Positions 47,672 to 58,422 of a DNA stretch of 64,000 bases are shown here, one piece after another; position 1 is the stretch's first letter, and every line of letters starts with the position of its first letter. The position numbers were made by a program, and so were the translations under genes. The stretch spans positions 930,001-994,000 of the forward strand of contig BROI01000004.1 of the NCBI GenBank assembly GCA_027923505.1, written 5' to 3'. The stretch comes from Mayamaea pseudoterrestris. Lineage: Eukaryota. The notes beneath the pieces are model-generated. The model had not been told where the DNA came from and ran no database searches. It saw only the letters and a list, made by a program, of their open reading frames with translations.

Positions 47672-48042
47672 TTGAGCGACGGGCAGTGCGCAATTCTCTT
47701 GCGCATGTTCATTTTTGTTTTGAAGATTATTTTGTGGATCTTATTATTTTGAAGGAAAACAATTTAGTAATTTTGCCTTGTTTTTGACGCTTGCGCTATC
47801 GAACATATTTGTAGTATTGCCTGAGCTAGCTGAAGAAGTGTTTACGATATCCTACTTACAACGACTCAGAAAACATTAAAATAAACAAGTACCAGTATAC
47901 GGCACAATTGCTGCTATTAGAAAAAAACAAAGCGTCGTTCTTTGCAAAACATGCATTCGTCCAGTGGCATCGACAAATTTCACTACCAGTAGCACCGGCA
48001 ATCAAACAAAACGACGCGCTGCGTTTTATTTGCCTTGCATAG

Positions 48043-48546
48043 TTAGGAAGTAGTTCCAAGGTAAAAGTACTGCTGGTACTTGGGGTGATGCTGCACCTCA
48101 ATCATCTTTTCGTAGACGGATAGGTCAACATCCGGCGAGAGCTCTCGAACGACAAAGACCTGACGTGGCGACGAATGCAACAAAGCATGGAAACATTAGA
48201 AACGATATTATGACAGAGAGTCAATCAATCAATAAATCACTCTTAGACTGGTCCGTTTCCTTGCTGTTACTGTGTATCATCAAAATGCATTACTCACCGT
48301 CAGTGCATTATCCGCATACTGTCCCACCATTTCCATCACCATGCCTTGCCCCGAAACATCAAGATCCGCCGGCGGTTCAATGTATTGCGTACTCAATGCA
48401 ATGGTTCCGCCGTCACTGCATTGAAACTGCGTGGAACTTTTGTAGTAACGGCCAACGACGGAAACAATCAGGCTTGCGTCAATCTTTTGCGAAGTAAGCA
48501 TCGCAGCGTTGGCGCGGACGAAACAACCTTCCGGGCCAGCGGACAT
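48043..48546 (-). CDS. RPA3: Replication protein A 14-kDa subunit, 2 exons
   Basis: RANAAML..IVSVVG..CSDGG..MEMVG, intron 48297-48160, then VFVVRELSPDVDLSVYEKMI..PKYQQYF. About 121 aa. Confidence 0.75.
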
Positions 48547-48620
48547 GGTATATGAGCGTTTATAGAATAGACAGCAATGTTGTGGAGGTGAATTTTTTGC
48601 AGCGTCGTCGAGAAGCTGCG

Positions 48621-48670
48621 GTTGTCGGTTGTCGAATGTCGGCTGTCGGTTGTCGGTTGTCGGTCGTCGG
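48621..48670. repeat. Imperfect 7-bp tandem repeat (TGTCGGT)n, about 7 copies
   Basis: gttgtcggttgtcgaatgtcggctgtcggttgtcggttgtcggtcgtcgg, lying between two divergent genes. Confidence 0.85.
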
Positions 48671-48895
48671 AGGCGTCCATGGCATGGCGCGGCGGTGCAA
48701 CAACGTTTCCAGGAGATCGTACCGGTACTCACTCCACGCCAGGCGAGCCACCCGCGAGTGGACGACATCATTCGAATCTTTTGCGATCTTGATTTTCTTC
48801 AACGAAAGTCAACTCATTCATTCATCGCCTTATCTGCTGCATATCCAAGCTGCTACTCTTCCCGTCAATACAGAGAAAATCGAGTAGAAGCGAAC

Positions 48896-50788
48896 ATGCA
48901 TTCATCTTCTTCCGACGCGATGAAAGATTCATCCTCATCTTCTCCCGCTGAACCAACTTGCGTCTTGGATCAAACCGTTGTCAACGCCGACACGCTGCCG
49001 CTCATGAAGGATCTTGGCTTGAGCTTTTTTGCCTCCCTCTGCGGAATGAACCGAGGAGCTTTTGTCTTGCAGCCAAGTGACAATCAGACGTACAGCTGTC
49101 TGCATTTTCCAAAACATTTTCCATCTTTGGCTGGCGTGAACAAGCACCGTTTCATGAATGTTACCAGTCAAGTGAACGTGACGGATAGCAGCAGCAGCAA
49201 GTCATCGGATGACAACAGCACTGCAACTACCAAAGAAGTCACGAAAGAGATTCCTTACGATTTAATCATCAAGGATGCCAACGCCATCAAGGAAACATAC
49301 CAGATGCACAACGTCACAGCCAACGAAACGGTTCAACTCTTGGACTACTTGATCAAATCCGTCTACCATAGCACGCCTGGCAAAGACATGGATCCGTACG
49401 CCTGCAACGTGAACGGTTTGGCGACTTTGCAGTGCGCGCCTGTCAATACGATTCGCACCATTCGCGCCGTGACATTGGCTGGCTTGTACGTTCCGGCGCT
49501 GTGGGCGACCAACGGCAAGGAACTGAGTATAAACGAGCAAGATGACTTTTACACGAGACGCGACTTTGAAGACATGCGCGCGCTCGGTTTGAACACGGTG
49601 CAGATTCCAGTGCCAATGGAAGCCTTTTCGGAACATGATCGCGACAAGGTCAAGTCGAGACTCGCAGACCTGTTGCACGAGGTTGGCAAGGCTAACCTTC
49701 AAGCCATTTTAATGCTCGTGGGAGAAGACAATGACGACGCCGTTGCGGCTGCGGCGCACTATGCTGCGGATCACTCGTCGACCGTCTTTGCACTGACATT
49801 GCCATCCATGCAGAGTATTGGAGCGGCGCGTGCGGCCGAGTCGTCGCTCAAGCTCATGGTTCCCGTGAGTCAGGGCGACTTGTCGCGTCTCAATTTTCAC
49901 GGCGATGCCAACATTTTTGCGGCACTGGATGTGGATCACACATCGACAGTGGCCGATGTTGCGTCGTCCAACGCGGAGGATGACCGCAGTAAGCTCTTTT
50001 ACCACGAGTCGACAGCCTGCGTCGCTAGGTCGCCCTTGGAGTTTACGCATTGCTACAAGCGCATTCCCGTCTTTGTTGCCAAGGGCTTTGACTTGAGCAT
50101 TGACAATTGCTTTCGTAAAGAATTTGACCCAAAGTTTGTCGACTATGGACAATGTGGACGTTTTGATGAGACGGTGGATTCCGGTTGGTGGAGTCGGCAC
50201 CGTAGCTCGTTTGCGGTCCGGCAGTTGTTCTCCTACGAGCATGGGCTAGGCTGGAGCTTTGCTACGTGGAAGTTGCATGGTGGCGATAAGAGTAGCAGCA
50301 GCAGTGGATCGACGCTCGATTCGCCAGCTTCGTTGTTGGCGCTCAAGAATGTGGCTGCTGCCGGCTTGTTTCCTTCGTTGGACGGAGATGACAAGGCCGC
50401 TGTTCATGAAATTGCTGCCGCTTGCTTGAATGGCCCAGAGGCCGACTTTATTCTCGGGGATCGAACGCTAGCGCCTACAATGGGTCCTCCGCCGGCCTGT
50501 CCGAACAACGGTTGGTGGAACTATACAGCCGAAGCATGTGAGTACTGGGTTCCGCCGCCGACGGATGCCCCGTCAGGTCGGCCCACAGTGGCTCCAGTGA
50601 TTTGTCCGGAGGTTTCACCGGCGACAATTGTTTGCAACACTAGCTCATCAAGTTCTGGTCACAAGGCAATTCTTCTCTCGGCCGGCGCTGGTAGCGTCAT
50701 GACGCTCGTGTTAATCGCGATCTTGACCAAGGTGTTCGGGCGAAAGAGAGAGGGATACACAGCCATTCCAAACTCGAACGTAGTCTAA
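48896..50788 (+). CDS. GH5 exo-beta-1,3-glucanase-like membrane protein, catalytic glutamates apparently absent
   Basis: IRAVTLAGLYV, FYTRRDFEDMRALGLNTVQIPV, RQLFSYEHGLGWSFATWK and a C-terminal TM segment. The true start is uncertain. Confidence 0.7.
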   Translation: MHSSSSDAMKDSSSSSPAEPTCVLDQTVVNADTLPLMKDLGLSFFASLCGMNRGAFVLQPSDNQTYSCLHFPKHFPSLAGVNKHRFMNVTSQVNVTDSSSSKSSDDNSTATTKEVTKEIPYDLIIKDANAIKETYQMHNVTANETVQLLDYLIKSVYHSTPGKDMDPYACNVNGLATLQCAPVNTIRTIRAVTLAGLYVPALWATNGKELSINEQDDFYTRRDFEDMRALGLNTVQIPVPMEAFSEHDRDKVKSRLADLLHEVGKANLQAILMLVGEDNDDAVAAAAHYAADHSSTVFALTLPSMQSIGAARAAESSLKLMVPVSQGDLSRLNFHGDANIFAALDVDHTSTVADVASSNAEDDRSKLFYHESTACVARSPLEFTHCYKRIPVFVAKGFDLSIDNCFRKEFDPKFVDYGQCGRFDETVDSGWWSRHRSSFAVRQLFSYEHGLGWSFATWKLHGGDKSSSSSGSTLDSPASLLALKNVAAAGLFPSLDGDDKAAVHEIAAACLNGPEADFILGDRTLAPTMGPPPACPNNGWWNYTAEACEYWVPPPTDAPSGRPTVAPVICPEVSPATIVCNTSSSSSGHKAILLSAGAGSVMTLVLIAILTKVFGRKREGYTAIPNSNVV

Positions 50789-51196
50789 GTGGACCATGGC
50801 GTAATAAATTAGTAGTGACAACTTTTGCCTATTATTACGCCAGTCATCCATCGTACAGGACTTGGGCCATGGAATAAAATTGTTCGCTAGACGCACCGAG
50901 TGTCACCTGCTCTGCTGTTTCCACGTAACACGAGAACTACGATAGAACGCTGCCTCTCTGATGCATCCTCCTGATCACGGTAGATTGAATGACCGCTGTA
51001 TTGCATTGATATGATAGCTTGAACTGGTTCCAGTCCATAAGCTACGGTAGCCACTTGCCCGGCGCGGCAGGCGGCTCGCCGCGAGCCGGCCATTCCTGCG
51101 CTCACAAATTCGTCCATGCCAAATGCCAACAACTTTTTCGCGAATCGATACCGTACGTACCATGCAATTGAAACGCTTTACAACACAAGCGATGCA

Positions 51197-52102
51197 ATGA
51201 TTTTTAAACTATGGTTCATCAGCTTAGTAGTTGCTGGTAGGGCGGTAGAGGTTTTGTCAGAATGGACATGCCCCGCCGGACGAGCTGCTATCAATGATCT
51301 GCTTGACTCGGAGGATGATGAGTTTGATGTTGATGCAGGTCCCTTGTCGAAACATGGCTTCGAGCTCTTTATATCCAATCAACTAATTGATCCAAACAGG
51401 CACACGGTGCTGCAAGTTGGGATGGATTATGTCCTACGGATCAAGGTCACAGAGGATCGATTTCGGGGCGCGTTTCTACGTCTCGAACCATTGAGCGAAG
51501 TCAGCGACACGTCGGGTGCGCTGCAGCCCCGCGATGCCACGACACAAGTCAGCAAGTATTGTGACGAGCCCGTGGTTGGTATTGGGACAATTGACTTGGA
51601 GTCAAAGCCGGGTGTGACGGGCATTCTTCGCATGGACGAAACAGCGAATGCCATGTTGGATGTGACAATCGTCAAAACGTTCACAGATAATCACATTACT
51701 TATGCGTATTCGCAATACAAGATCAGGTTCGTTAACGACATGCCCCTGCCTGCGATCCCTACGTCTAGTCCTACCATGCTACCAGATATGGAGCAGCCGG
51801 CATCATCTAGCTTTTGTTCCTTCCATCGTGTGCAGCAGTGCCAGTCTGACTACTTGTCGACGCAACAGACGGACGATTGTAATAGCTGTATCTCCACAGC
51901 CCACTCTCAGCAAGTGTCAAGTTGCGATCAAATGGAAAACACGTTATGTGCAGCTTTAAAGAATTGCTCCTGCGGTGCTTGTAGCACGCATTTGGAAGCC
52001 TATCTGAGCTGTGCCTACAATAAGTTGCTAGGATGCGACATTGATTGCAGCATCTCCAGTCATACAGCATCTATTCTTGATGAGTTCGCTTTTACAGCAT
52101 AA
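51197..52102 (+). CDS. Secreted protein with a Reeler-like domain and Cys-rich tail
   Basis: Signal peptide, CPAG, FRGAFLRL, LDVTIV, a PTSSPT linker and a C-terminus with about 10 Cys. Confidence 0.55.
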   Translation: MIFKLWFISLVVAGRAVEVLSEWTCPAGRAAINDLLDSEDDEFDVDAGPLSKHGFELFISNQLIDPNRHTVLQVGMDYVLRIKVTEDRFRGAFLRLEPLSEVSDTSGALQPRDATTQVSKYCDEPVVGIGTIDLESKPGVTGILRMDETANAMLDVTIVKTFTDNHITYAYSQYKIRFVNDMPLPAIPTSSPTMLPDMEQPASSSFCSFHRVQQCQSDYLSTQQTDDCNSCISTAHSQQVSSCDQMENTLCAALKNCSCGACSTHLEAYLSCAYNKLLGCDIDCSISSHTASILDEFAFTA

Positions 52103-52191
52103 TGTGTCTTGTCGGCACAGTATGCGATTCAGTTTAAACATGTAAATTTAGCTGTTACTGTAGCGTTTAGCTCTAAGTTAAATAGCATTTG

Positions 52192-53298
52192 TCAATGACG
52201 ATTTGCATCGTCCTTGCCCACTTTTTGCAGCGATTGAATCTGCTGCCGAAAGAATTCTCGCTTCATGCCATTGATGAACGGCCAAACAAGACGTCCCATG
52301 GTAGTCTTTGGCTTTGCGATTGACATAATCTCCACGTCAATGCTATCATCGCTGCGAAGCGCCACGGTCAGGCGCTCCTCCCCCTGTAACCAGTGACCAC
52401 GAAGCGTCGCAAACGCCGTGGATGTGTAGGTTCTCGTCAGGGGCGACCATGATGCATCGACAGCCGGAAAAGGGTCTTGGTCAACCACGTTGTAAACAAC
52501 TGACACTGGATTGACGGCAAAGACAATTGGGAGAAACTTGGATCGCACAAACGTCACCAATCGCTTGCTCGGCCCCTGCCATATTTGCTGCGTCGACTCG
52601 GATGTTGCAGCAAATGGGTGATTGCTAATGTAATCGTCATTGTCAACAGGTCGGACCGAGTATATGCCGCGCAAAGCTTCGGGCGGATGCACCTGCGCAA
52701 TTCCTTGGCGTTGCGTGCTAAATTCCCAGTCCAGCGCAGCGTCTCGGATTCTTTCATAGCAAGACAGACCATGACCAATGTTTCGTTGTTGAACGCGACA
52801 AATGTTCCAGTCGGCTTGCTCGAGAACGCTTTCCGGAATGGCAGTCCCTGGCCACCATTCATTGTGTTCTTGCTCTTGCTGCACAACACCGCGAGACACT
52901 GAAACAGTCTCGCTCAGATTAGCTGCCTGACTAGTCGATGCTGCAATGGATGGATTCGTCATGCCGACCATATCGTGGTTGTAGTATTGTCGTCGCGTAA
53001 TACAAGCTTGTGGTGAAGCCGTTCCAACGTTGCCTCCAAACCACTTTGTCAATTGTTGCCTCGATGGCTTGCCAAATGACAGGACTGTTCCCCTTTGTCG
53101 CACTTTTTCGTGTATTCTGCTCGTTGATCGTTGTCGAGCCTTGCTGATGTAGCGTTCCTTGAGTCGCGTCAACTTGCGTTTGGTCAGGCGCAAGGAAGGT
53201 TCGCGTCGAATGCGATGCGACGGTAATTCTTTGGCTGATGCAGCAATAAGCAGCAGCAGTAAACAAAATAAAGCTCCTCGATGATTAAGTATCATCAT
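52192..53298 (-). CDS. DUF1990-like protein
   Basis: IGHG..YERIRDAALDW, NPVSVVY, FATLRGHWLQGEERLTV and EIMSIAKP. Signal-like N-terminus. Confidence 0.7.
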   Translation of the reverse strand: MMILNHRGALFCLLLLLIAASAKELPSHRIRREPSLRLTKRKLTRLKERYISKARQRSTSRIHEKVRQRGTVLSFGKPSRQQLTKWFGGNVGTASPQACITRRQYYNHDMVGMTNPSIAASTSQAANLSETVSVSRGVVQQEQEHNEWWPGTAIPESVLEQADWNICRVQQRNIGHGLSCYERIRDAALDWEFSTQRQGIAQVHPPEALRGIYSVRPVDNDDYISNHPFAATSESTQQIWQGPSKRLVTFVRSKFLPIVFAVNPVSVVYNVVDQDPFPAVDASWSPLTRTYTSTAFATLRGHWLQGEERLTVALRSDDSIDVEIMSIAKPKTTMGRLVWPFINGMKREFFRQQIQSLQKVGKDDANRH

Positions 53299-53693
53299 GC
53301 AATTTGTCACCTAAAGAGCAGATTGCCGTAAAAATCATGAGGACTGGACGAGGAGATTCCGTGGTCCATGGTGCAACTGAGCGCTGTCATGCTCAAGAAC
53401 AACCCGGAGCTGTGAGTCTTGCAACTCCGACTGTGAATCAAACAGTAGTGCTAAAAGCTACGTAGACTAATACATGCGCAGCTCGTTACTATAACAATTT
53501 ATAACGGGTAAGAGTTTGTTTAGCGTTTTGCTGCACAAGCGACAAATGTGCATGGGCTTGGCCATCAGTATTAGCTGACTGACGCGCTGGTTGCGTATTC
53601 ATTGCATCTTTAACTGGCTGCATGGGACGCGGTGATCTTTTGGGCGAGATCGCGTCCTGTTGCCAAGAGTTTGGACGAGCCTTGCGAAATCAT

Positions 53694-56600
53694 TTATTGA
53701 ATCTCCTTGGGCTGTGTTAACTTTGAATTCGTAATGTTGGCAATCTTGTCATGCTCTTCTTTCTTATTGTGATGCGCCCAGCACGAAGCGTCCAAGTCAA
53801 AGGCATCGGCCATGATAGTCCCAGCGAGCGGATCCGTAATGTTTATTTCCACCAAATGATGCGACGGATGGTTCTTCACAAAGGCACGTATCATGTCCGT
53901 GTGCTCCTGGTAAATCTTTGCGAAAAAATCGCGTCGTTCGTCGCCATATCCAATGTCGGCGAGCGTAATGCTGCTATTCTTCGCCATGTACTCGTTCATC
54001 AGCCATCGCTTCATCATGAACCAGTGCATCACGGAATACGCCCATACTTGTGGCTCCCGGAGAGGAAGAACAAACGTTGCATCAGGATAATCGGAATGGA
54101 TCTTGTCGAGACTAAAATGTTGGGGCAAAAAGTGTGCGTAGGGCGCGTCGAGAGACCTGGTGCCGTTTTCAAAAAGCATTCCGATACGTTTGCGCTTGTC
54201 CCTGGGGCGCTCTCCGTCAATTTGCGCGAACACTTGATAGTCGCCACATCCTTCTAGCATCTTGTTGCCCTCCGCCATGTTCATGAGAATACACTCAGCC
54301 ATTGTACCCTTTTCGCAAGGCGGAGCGTCGCTCGTATCTCCATAGGCGCAGTAATGTTGGGTGACAACGTCAGAGCAAGTGAAGAAATTGTAGATGCTTG
54401 TGGTTCCAGATTTTGGATAACCGACGACAATGACTGGAAGCGATAATGGCAGCTTTTTCTTAAACTCAGCAACTGGCGCAGGAACGTCTTCAATCGACTC
54501 GGCATCGATAAATTTGCCCTGCGAGAGGGCGCCAACGACTCTATCGGCAATCTTGGCGTGCTCCTCCTTCTTGTTCTTGTGGCCCCAGCAAGTCTCGCTT
54601 AGCCCGAAAGCGTAGCTCATGATCTTGCTAGCATTTGGATCAGTAATGTTTACCTCGACAAGCTTGTGAGATGGATGCTTCTTGACAAATTCTCGAACGT
54701 TGCGTGAATGATCGTCGTAAACTTTCGCCAGGAACGCTCGCCGTTGATCGCCGTACCCAATCATATCAAACTCGAGACTGCTATTCTTGGACATGTACTC
54801 GTTGATGATCCATCGCTTCATCATGACTGGAAGCAATAGAAAAGAAGGAAAGCGTTGTCCTTAGCGCATCGTCAAAAGAACGCCAAACACAAAACTCGTA
54901 GAGCATGCATTACTTACACCAGTGCATGACCGAGTACGCCCACACCATTGGTTCTCGAAGAGGAAGAACGAAAGTTGCATCCGGGTAGTGCCTGTGAATG
55001 TCGTCCAAATTGAATACTTGTGGTAGAAAATGCGAAAATGGAGCTGCCAGCGACCAAGTATCATTTTCAAATCGCATGCCAAGACCAGGTTGCTTAGGCC
55101 GTTCTCCGTCAATTTGGGCATACACCTGATAATCTCCGCACTTGTCAAATAATGGTTTATTTTGTCCCATGTTGTTGATTATGCATGACGCCATCGTCCC
55201 TCGCTGGCAAGGCGGTGCATCATTAATTTCTCCATAGGCACAATAATGCTGAGCCACAACGTCCGAGCAGTTAAAGTAATTCCATATACTTGTCGTACCA
55301 GACTTCGGAAAGCCTACAACGATGACAGGCTCGGGCAGACTTAGCTTCGTTCGATGAACCATTCGCTCGGCCGCCAACTCGTCCTCTTTTTGTCGCTTTC
55401 GTTCCGCAGCCTTCATTTCACGCTCCACTGCCTTTGCAATGGCGAGTTCTCCAACCTTTGACAAATCAAGCTTCTTCAGCTTGGTCTTCTTCGGCACGTC
55501 CTCCTCCTCGGTTCGAGTTCCATTGGTTCCCCAACACGATGAATGCAGATTGAAAGAGCTGGCCAAAACCTTGCCGGCATTTGGATCGGAGGTGTTGACC
55601 ACAATTAACGTGCTTTCCTTATCTTTAAAGAAGTGCTGAACGTAGTCATTGTGCTCTTGATAAATTTTCATGAGAAAATCCTTTCGTGGCTTGCCATAAT
55701 CGGGAAATTGAATGCTGCTGTCGTGGAGCATATACTCGTTTATGATCCATCGCTTCATTGAAAAGAAGCCCAAAACTGATAAAGCCCACTCTTCTGCGTC
55801 CTTTACAGGTAGTAGGAAGGTGGCGTTGGCATTCTCTTGATGGAGTCGCTCCAGCAGGTGATGTTGCGGCAGAAAGTGTCCAAACGCAGCATCTTTGCGG
55901 TGGCTTCCATCGTTCATGAGCATGCCCAGCCCAGGCTGCTTTGGCCGCTCGCCATCAATTTGCACAAAGACTTGATAGTCGCCGCAGCCTTCAAGCATGG
56001 GGCGCTCGTCGGCCATGTTGTTGAGTATACATTCCGACATGGTACCCTTGTCGCACGGACTTGCGTCCGAAACATCGCCATAGGCGCAACGACGCTGTGT
56101 TGGCATGCCTTCGCACGTAAAGTACGCCCAAAGGTCGGCCAATCCACTCCGCGGATATCCAAGACTGATGATTGGTGACGCCAACTTGATTGGTTTCCAT
56201 CCATTCGCCTGCTGCTCTGCTGAAATCGTATCGACTGCTTTTGCTTTTGGAAATCTGACAAGTTTGTCATGCGACTCCTTCTTGTTGTGGTGCCCCCAGC
56301 ATTTGTCACTCAAGCCAAAAGATTTGCTCATGACACTACCAGCATTTGGATCGGTAAGGTTAACTTCGATGTACGCATGGCTAGGATGTGTGGCTACAAA
56401 ATCTCGAACAACTTGAGTATGCTCCACGTAAACGCGCTGCAAGAATGCATCCAAAAAGCCAGCTCGCTTGGCTGGAATGGTAATACTTGAATCGTGCGCC
56501 ATGTACTCATTCAAAATCCATCGTTTCATTTGAAACCAATGCATGACACTCTTGGCCCAATCGGCTGGATCACGCAGCGGAAGTATAAAGGTTGCTTCCG

Positions 56601-57678
56601 GATAGTCGTTGTGAATAACCTCTAAATTGAAATGCTGAGGCAAAAAGTGTCCAAAGGCAACATCCTTGATGCGCGTTCCATTCTCGTACAAGGTTCCCCA
56701 GCCTCGGCTCTTTGGTCGTTCGCCATCAATCTGAGCATATACTTGGTAGTTGCCGCAGCCGTCAAACATTCTGCGCCCTTCGGCCATGTTGTATAACACG
56801 CATTCAGCCATGCTGTATTGTGAATGATAAAGTTTGCCAAGCAAAGGCAGATTGTATGTTTGAACAAGGCGAGTCATGCGAAAGCACAAGTAAAGTGAAG
56901 GAGTAATGAATGTGAGAAACTTATTAATATCAGATCTCGCGACAAGCCTTTTCCGAAGATCATTTATTCAAACTCAAGTATGTCTCTCTCACTCAAAGAA
57001 TACAAGTCTATTTACTCACGTCGCTTTACTGCAGGGCGGCGCATCCTGCAAGTCGCCATAGGCGCAAAAATGCTGGGCGCGAACATTGCTGCAGTTAAAG
57101 TAGCTCCAAATGCTCGTCGTTCCAGACTTTGGAAAGCCAAGCACAATGACTGGAAGCTTTTGCGAAAGTTGCACCAACGACGAGGAATCGCTGTCTGTCA
57201 TGGCTTGACCAAAGTCTTGGTGGGCGAAGCGGCGAGCGACAGTGTTTGCTGCTGCGGATGCTGTCGACTGCTTGACGTTTCGTTGCTGCTTCTCTTTGCG
57301 TCCAGTTCGTGACTGCTGCCTCAAAAAAGCATCCTTGCTCGGAACTCCGCCACTACCGTCATGCATAAAGCTATTCAAGTAGTCCATGGCGTCTTGTGTC
57401 GAAGAGTGTTTGCGGCTGTTGCTTCGTCGGCTGCTATTTGAATAGAAAAGCACGATGGATCCAACGACACAGGCAAGCATGAGCGTTCGTAATCGAATAG
57501 CGAGACATTTTTGAATCATTCGTTGAATCAAGCCATGTGATCGAGCTTGTCCCTTGGAAGAAATACTGCTAGCATGATGTTGATGCTGATGTTGTTGATT
57601 GATTGTGCTTCCATTCGATGGATGACTCGAGGGCAGTTTCTTTCCACTGCCGCTTCCATTGCCTGCAAATCGCTGCAT
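53694..57678 (-). CDS. Type II membrane protein with four tandem P-loop sulfotransferase-like domains, 3 exons
   Basis: Four units of G[FY]P[KR]SG..C.YGD..PC..GCG.YQV..QIDGERP..HFLPQ..ATF.LP..W..S..KRW..CW. Introns 57019-56813 and 54917-54827 preserve the frame. Confidence 0.8.
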
Positions 57679-57812
57679 GATACAATAGATTAGAGTCTTA
57701 TTTGTTCCTGTTAGTCTATGATGACTATGAAGAAGTGGAGTGGACGACAGGGATTTGATTGCAGGCACGTCGGCCGCTCGAAAAGGAATTGGAATCTCAT
57801 GGTCATTCTCGA

Positions 57813-57992
57813 GAACAAAAACTAAATATCCAGCCACAGATTCTTCCGCTTACTACACAAAGACGGCGATTGCTAAAACTTGGGTAGCTATGTGTAGCAA
57901 CCCAAGCACCCCCGCTGGGCTAGCAGAGCAGGTCCAGATCCGCGCCAAAGGGCGGGATGCTTGCCAGCTGCAGTGTGCTGCTGCTGAACCCA
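57813..57992. repeat. Split direct repeat B2 (180 bp)
   Basis: Matches 58212-58391; I found one mismatch (ggtcc vs gggcc). Confidence 0.95.
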
Positions 57993-58211
57993 GGGATGGG
58001 CTAGGGTGGGAACTTTAATCTATCTTACAGTCCTCGAACAAGAGCTTCGAGGCAAACAGACCAAGAGAATGACAAGCAAGCAAAGATTGCGAAGCAATCC
58101 TTGGAGAGGACCCATGACCTCTGGAAACCAATGCGCCAATGCCGTCATCCGATGACGTCACCATTGGCCAATCAAATCACCGCTTTCCTCCGGCTCTCCA
58201 GAATCCCACAT
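57993..58211 (-). repeat. Putative A2 repeat of the retrotransposon
   Basis: Inferred from its position between B1 and B2. It has several CCAAT motifs and TGACGTCA (58153-58160). The A1 partner is expected beyond 64000. Confidence 0.55.
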
Positions 58212-58391
58212 GAACAAAAACTAAATATCCAGCCACAGATTCTTCCGCTTACTACACAAAGACGGCGATTGCTAAAACTTGGGTAGCTATGTGTAGCAAC
58301 CCAAGCACCCCCGCTGGGCTAGCAGAGCAGGGCCAGATCCGCGCCAAAGGGCGGGATGCTTGCCAGCTGCAGTGTGCTGCTGCTGAACCCA
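58212..58391. repeat. Split direct repeat B1 (180 bp)
   Basis: Copy of 57813-57992, beginning about 30 bp after the YR stop codon. Confidence 0.95.
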
Positions 58392-58422
58392 TGAAGGAAA
58401 TGCAAGGAGGCCGCGCCAGGAG

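Noticed and set aside
48629..48895. N-terminal extension of the 719-aa ORF
   Set aside because: It has a non-ATG start and runs through the promoter tandem repeat. ATG 48896 is preferred.
119..57800. Numerous 60-190 aa overlapping or antisense ORFs in the track
   Set aside because: They are shadows of real genes in ~50% GC DNA or intron read-ins, without family motifs.
57813..58391. 180-bp repeat pair as an LTR pair, CRISPR array or assembly duplication
   Set aside because: There are only two long copies, immediately 3' of a YR gene, which is the arrangement expected for split direct repeats.
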